DNA of 64,000 nucleotides from an uncultured Ferrovum sp. (GTDB lineage Bacteria; Pseudomonadota; Gammaproteobacteria; Burkholderiales; Ferrovaceae): NCBI GenBank assembly GCA_903909215.1, contig CAIVUX010000022.1, positions 7,609 to 71,608 of the forward strand, read 5' to 3'. Shown piece by piece: positions 63,084 to 64,000 of this stretch (position 1 is its first letter; each line of letters starts with the position of its first letter). The notes under the pieces were generated by a model. It saw only the letters and a program-made list of their open reading frames with translations, ran no database searches and was not told where the DNA came from. The position numbers and the translations under genes were made by a program.

Positions 63084-64000
63084 ATGATGCGCACCTCTAG
63101 CAGTGATGCCACTTTCGAAGAGCTTTTACCCCAAAACCCAGAAGGCGTCGAAGCCGTGGTGTCCGTTTCTAACTTCACTCATCGCATTCGCCGTGTGTTG
63201 GAAGAGACTATTCCACCCCTGTGGGTGGAAGGAGAAATTTCGGGCTTCAATGCTTACGCCTCGGGGCATTGGTATTTCAAACTGAAAGACGAAGCGGCAC
63301 AAATCTCTTGCGTCATGTTCAAGGGAAAAAATCAGCGCTTGGGTTGGCTTCCCCGTGAAGGCATGGCCGTGGAATTGCGTGGCGTCACCACTTTTTATGC
63401 GCAAGGGGGCAGCTGTCAAATTACTGTAGAGCATCTGCGTGAAGCGGGTGTGGGCAAACTCTTTGAAGCCTTCGCACGCCTTAAAGCCCGCTTAGAGCGT
63501 GAGGGTTTGTTTGATGCAGCGCGCAAACGCGCTCTTCCCGCCCACCCGCGCCGCATAGGCGTCATTACTTCCTTGGCGGCGGCCGCCTTGCGTGATGTGT
63601 TGACCACCCTCAAACGACGCAGTCCCGCCACCGCCATCATTATTTATCCCACCCCCGTACAAGGCGAAGGGTCTGCGGCGCAGATTGCCCGCGCCATTAC
63701 TGTGGCAGGCCTTCGCTCTGAGTGCGATGTGCTGATCTTATGCCGCGGCGGTGGCAGTATTGAAGATTTATGGTCCTTCAATGAAGAGGTGGTGGCGCAG
63801 GCCATAGCGGCCTGCCCTATCCCCTTGATTGCAGGCATTGGCCATGAACGCGACTTCACTATTGCCGACTTTGTGGCCGACCAACGAGCCGCCACGCCCA
63901 CCGCCGCCGCTGAATTGGTTAGCCCCAACCGTGATGAATTGCTGCTGCATTTAAATGCCATCGCACGCCGCCTTAATCATTATTGGTTGCGGCGCAGCGA
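63084..64000 (+). CDS. xseA: Exodeoxyribonuclease VII large subunit, N-terminal about 305 aa (continues beyond the window end)
   Basis: My own translation gives [15 protein letters not shown]...[54 protein letters not shown]...[16 protein letters not shown]...[17 protein letters not shown]...[16 protein letters not shown]. These are an OB fold plus catalytic-domain motifs of XseA. It is absent from the track because it is open at the window edge. Confidence 0.92.
   Translation, partial: MMRTSSSDATFEELLPQNPEGVEAVVSVSNFTHRIRRVLEETIPPLWVEGEISGFNAYASGHWYFKLKDEAAQISCVMFKGKNQRLGWLPREGMAVELRGVTTFYAQGGSCQITVEHLREAGVGKLFEAFARLKARLEREGLFDAARKRALPAHPRRIGVITSLAAAALRDVLTTLKRRSPATAIIIYPTPVQGEGSAAQIARAITVAGLRSECDVLILCRGGGSIEDLWSFNEEVVAQAIAACPIPLIAGIGHERDFTIADFVADQRAATPTAAAELVSPNRDELLLHLNAIARRLNHYWLRRS

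Overview
This window looks like 64 kb of a very compact, Betaproteobacteria-like core chromosome. GC is roughly mid-50s % by eye, not computed. Nearly all of it is housekeeping genes, mostly on the minus strand, in gene orders I recognise from betaproteobacteria. One run is rlmB-rnr / tRNA-Leu / purA-hisZ-hflCKX-hfq-der-bamB-yfgM-hisS-ispG-rodZ-rlmN-ndk-tilS-accA. Others are tldD-nitrilase-yhdP, ispDF, serS-recR-ybaB-dnaX-ffs, and exbBD-lpxK-trm112-kdsB-adk-pfp-hppA. Many genes overlap by 4 nt at start/stop, and convergent gene pairs overlap at their stop codons.

Two things are not ordinary.

(1) A 13-bp perfect palindrome, GGGGTC(A/T)GACCCC, occurs 12 times at 6 loci (10 perfect copies, 2 with one mismatch). 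Five of the six loci lie inside intact coding sequences, where the motif is read as G-S-D-P or G-Q-T-P. Paired inverted copies with AT-rich flanks look like tiny in-frame insertions.

(2) An orphan, tightly coupled half type IV secretion operon, trbB-C-D-E-J-L (VirB11/2/3/4/5/6), sits between alr and xdhC. No VirB8/9/10, coupling protein, relaxase or integrase is present in the window.

I also identified by eye three genes missing from the ORF track: an SRP (4.5S) RNA, a 59-aa Trm112-family gene, and two edge-truncated genes (rlmB, xseA). Several ORF-track starts are over-extended and were trimmed to conserved N-termini. All family assignments come from reading the translations and from memory of the families. 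No database search was run.
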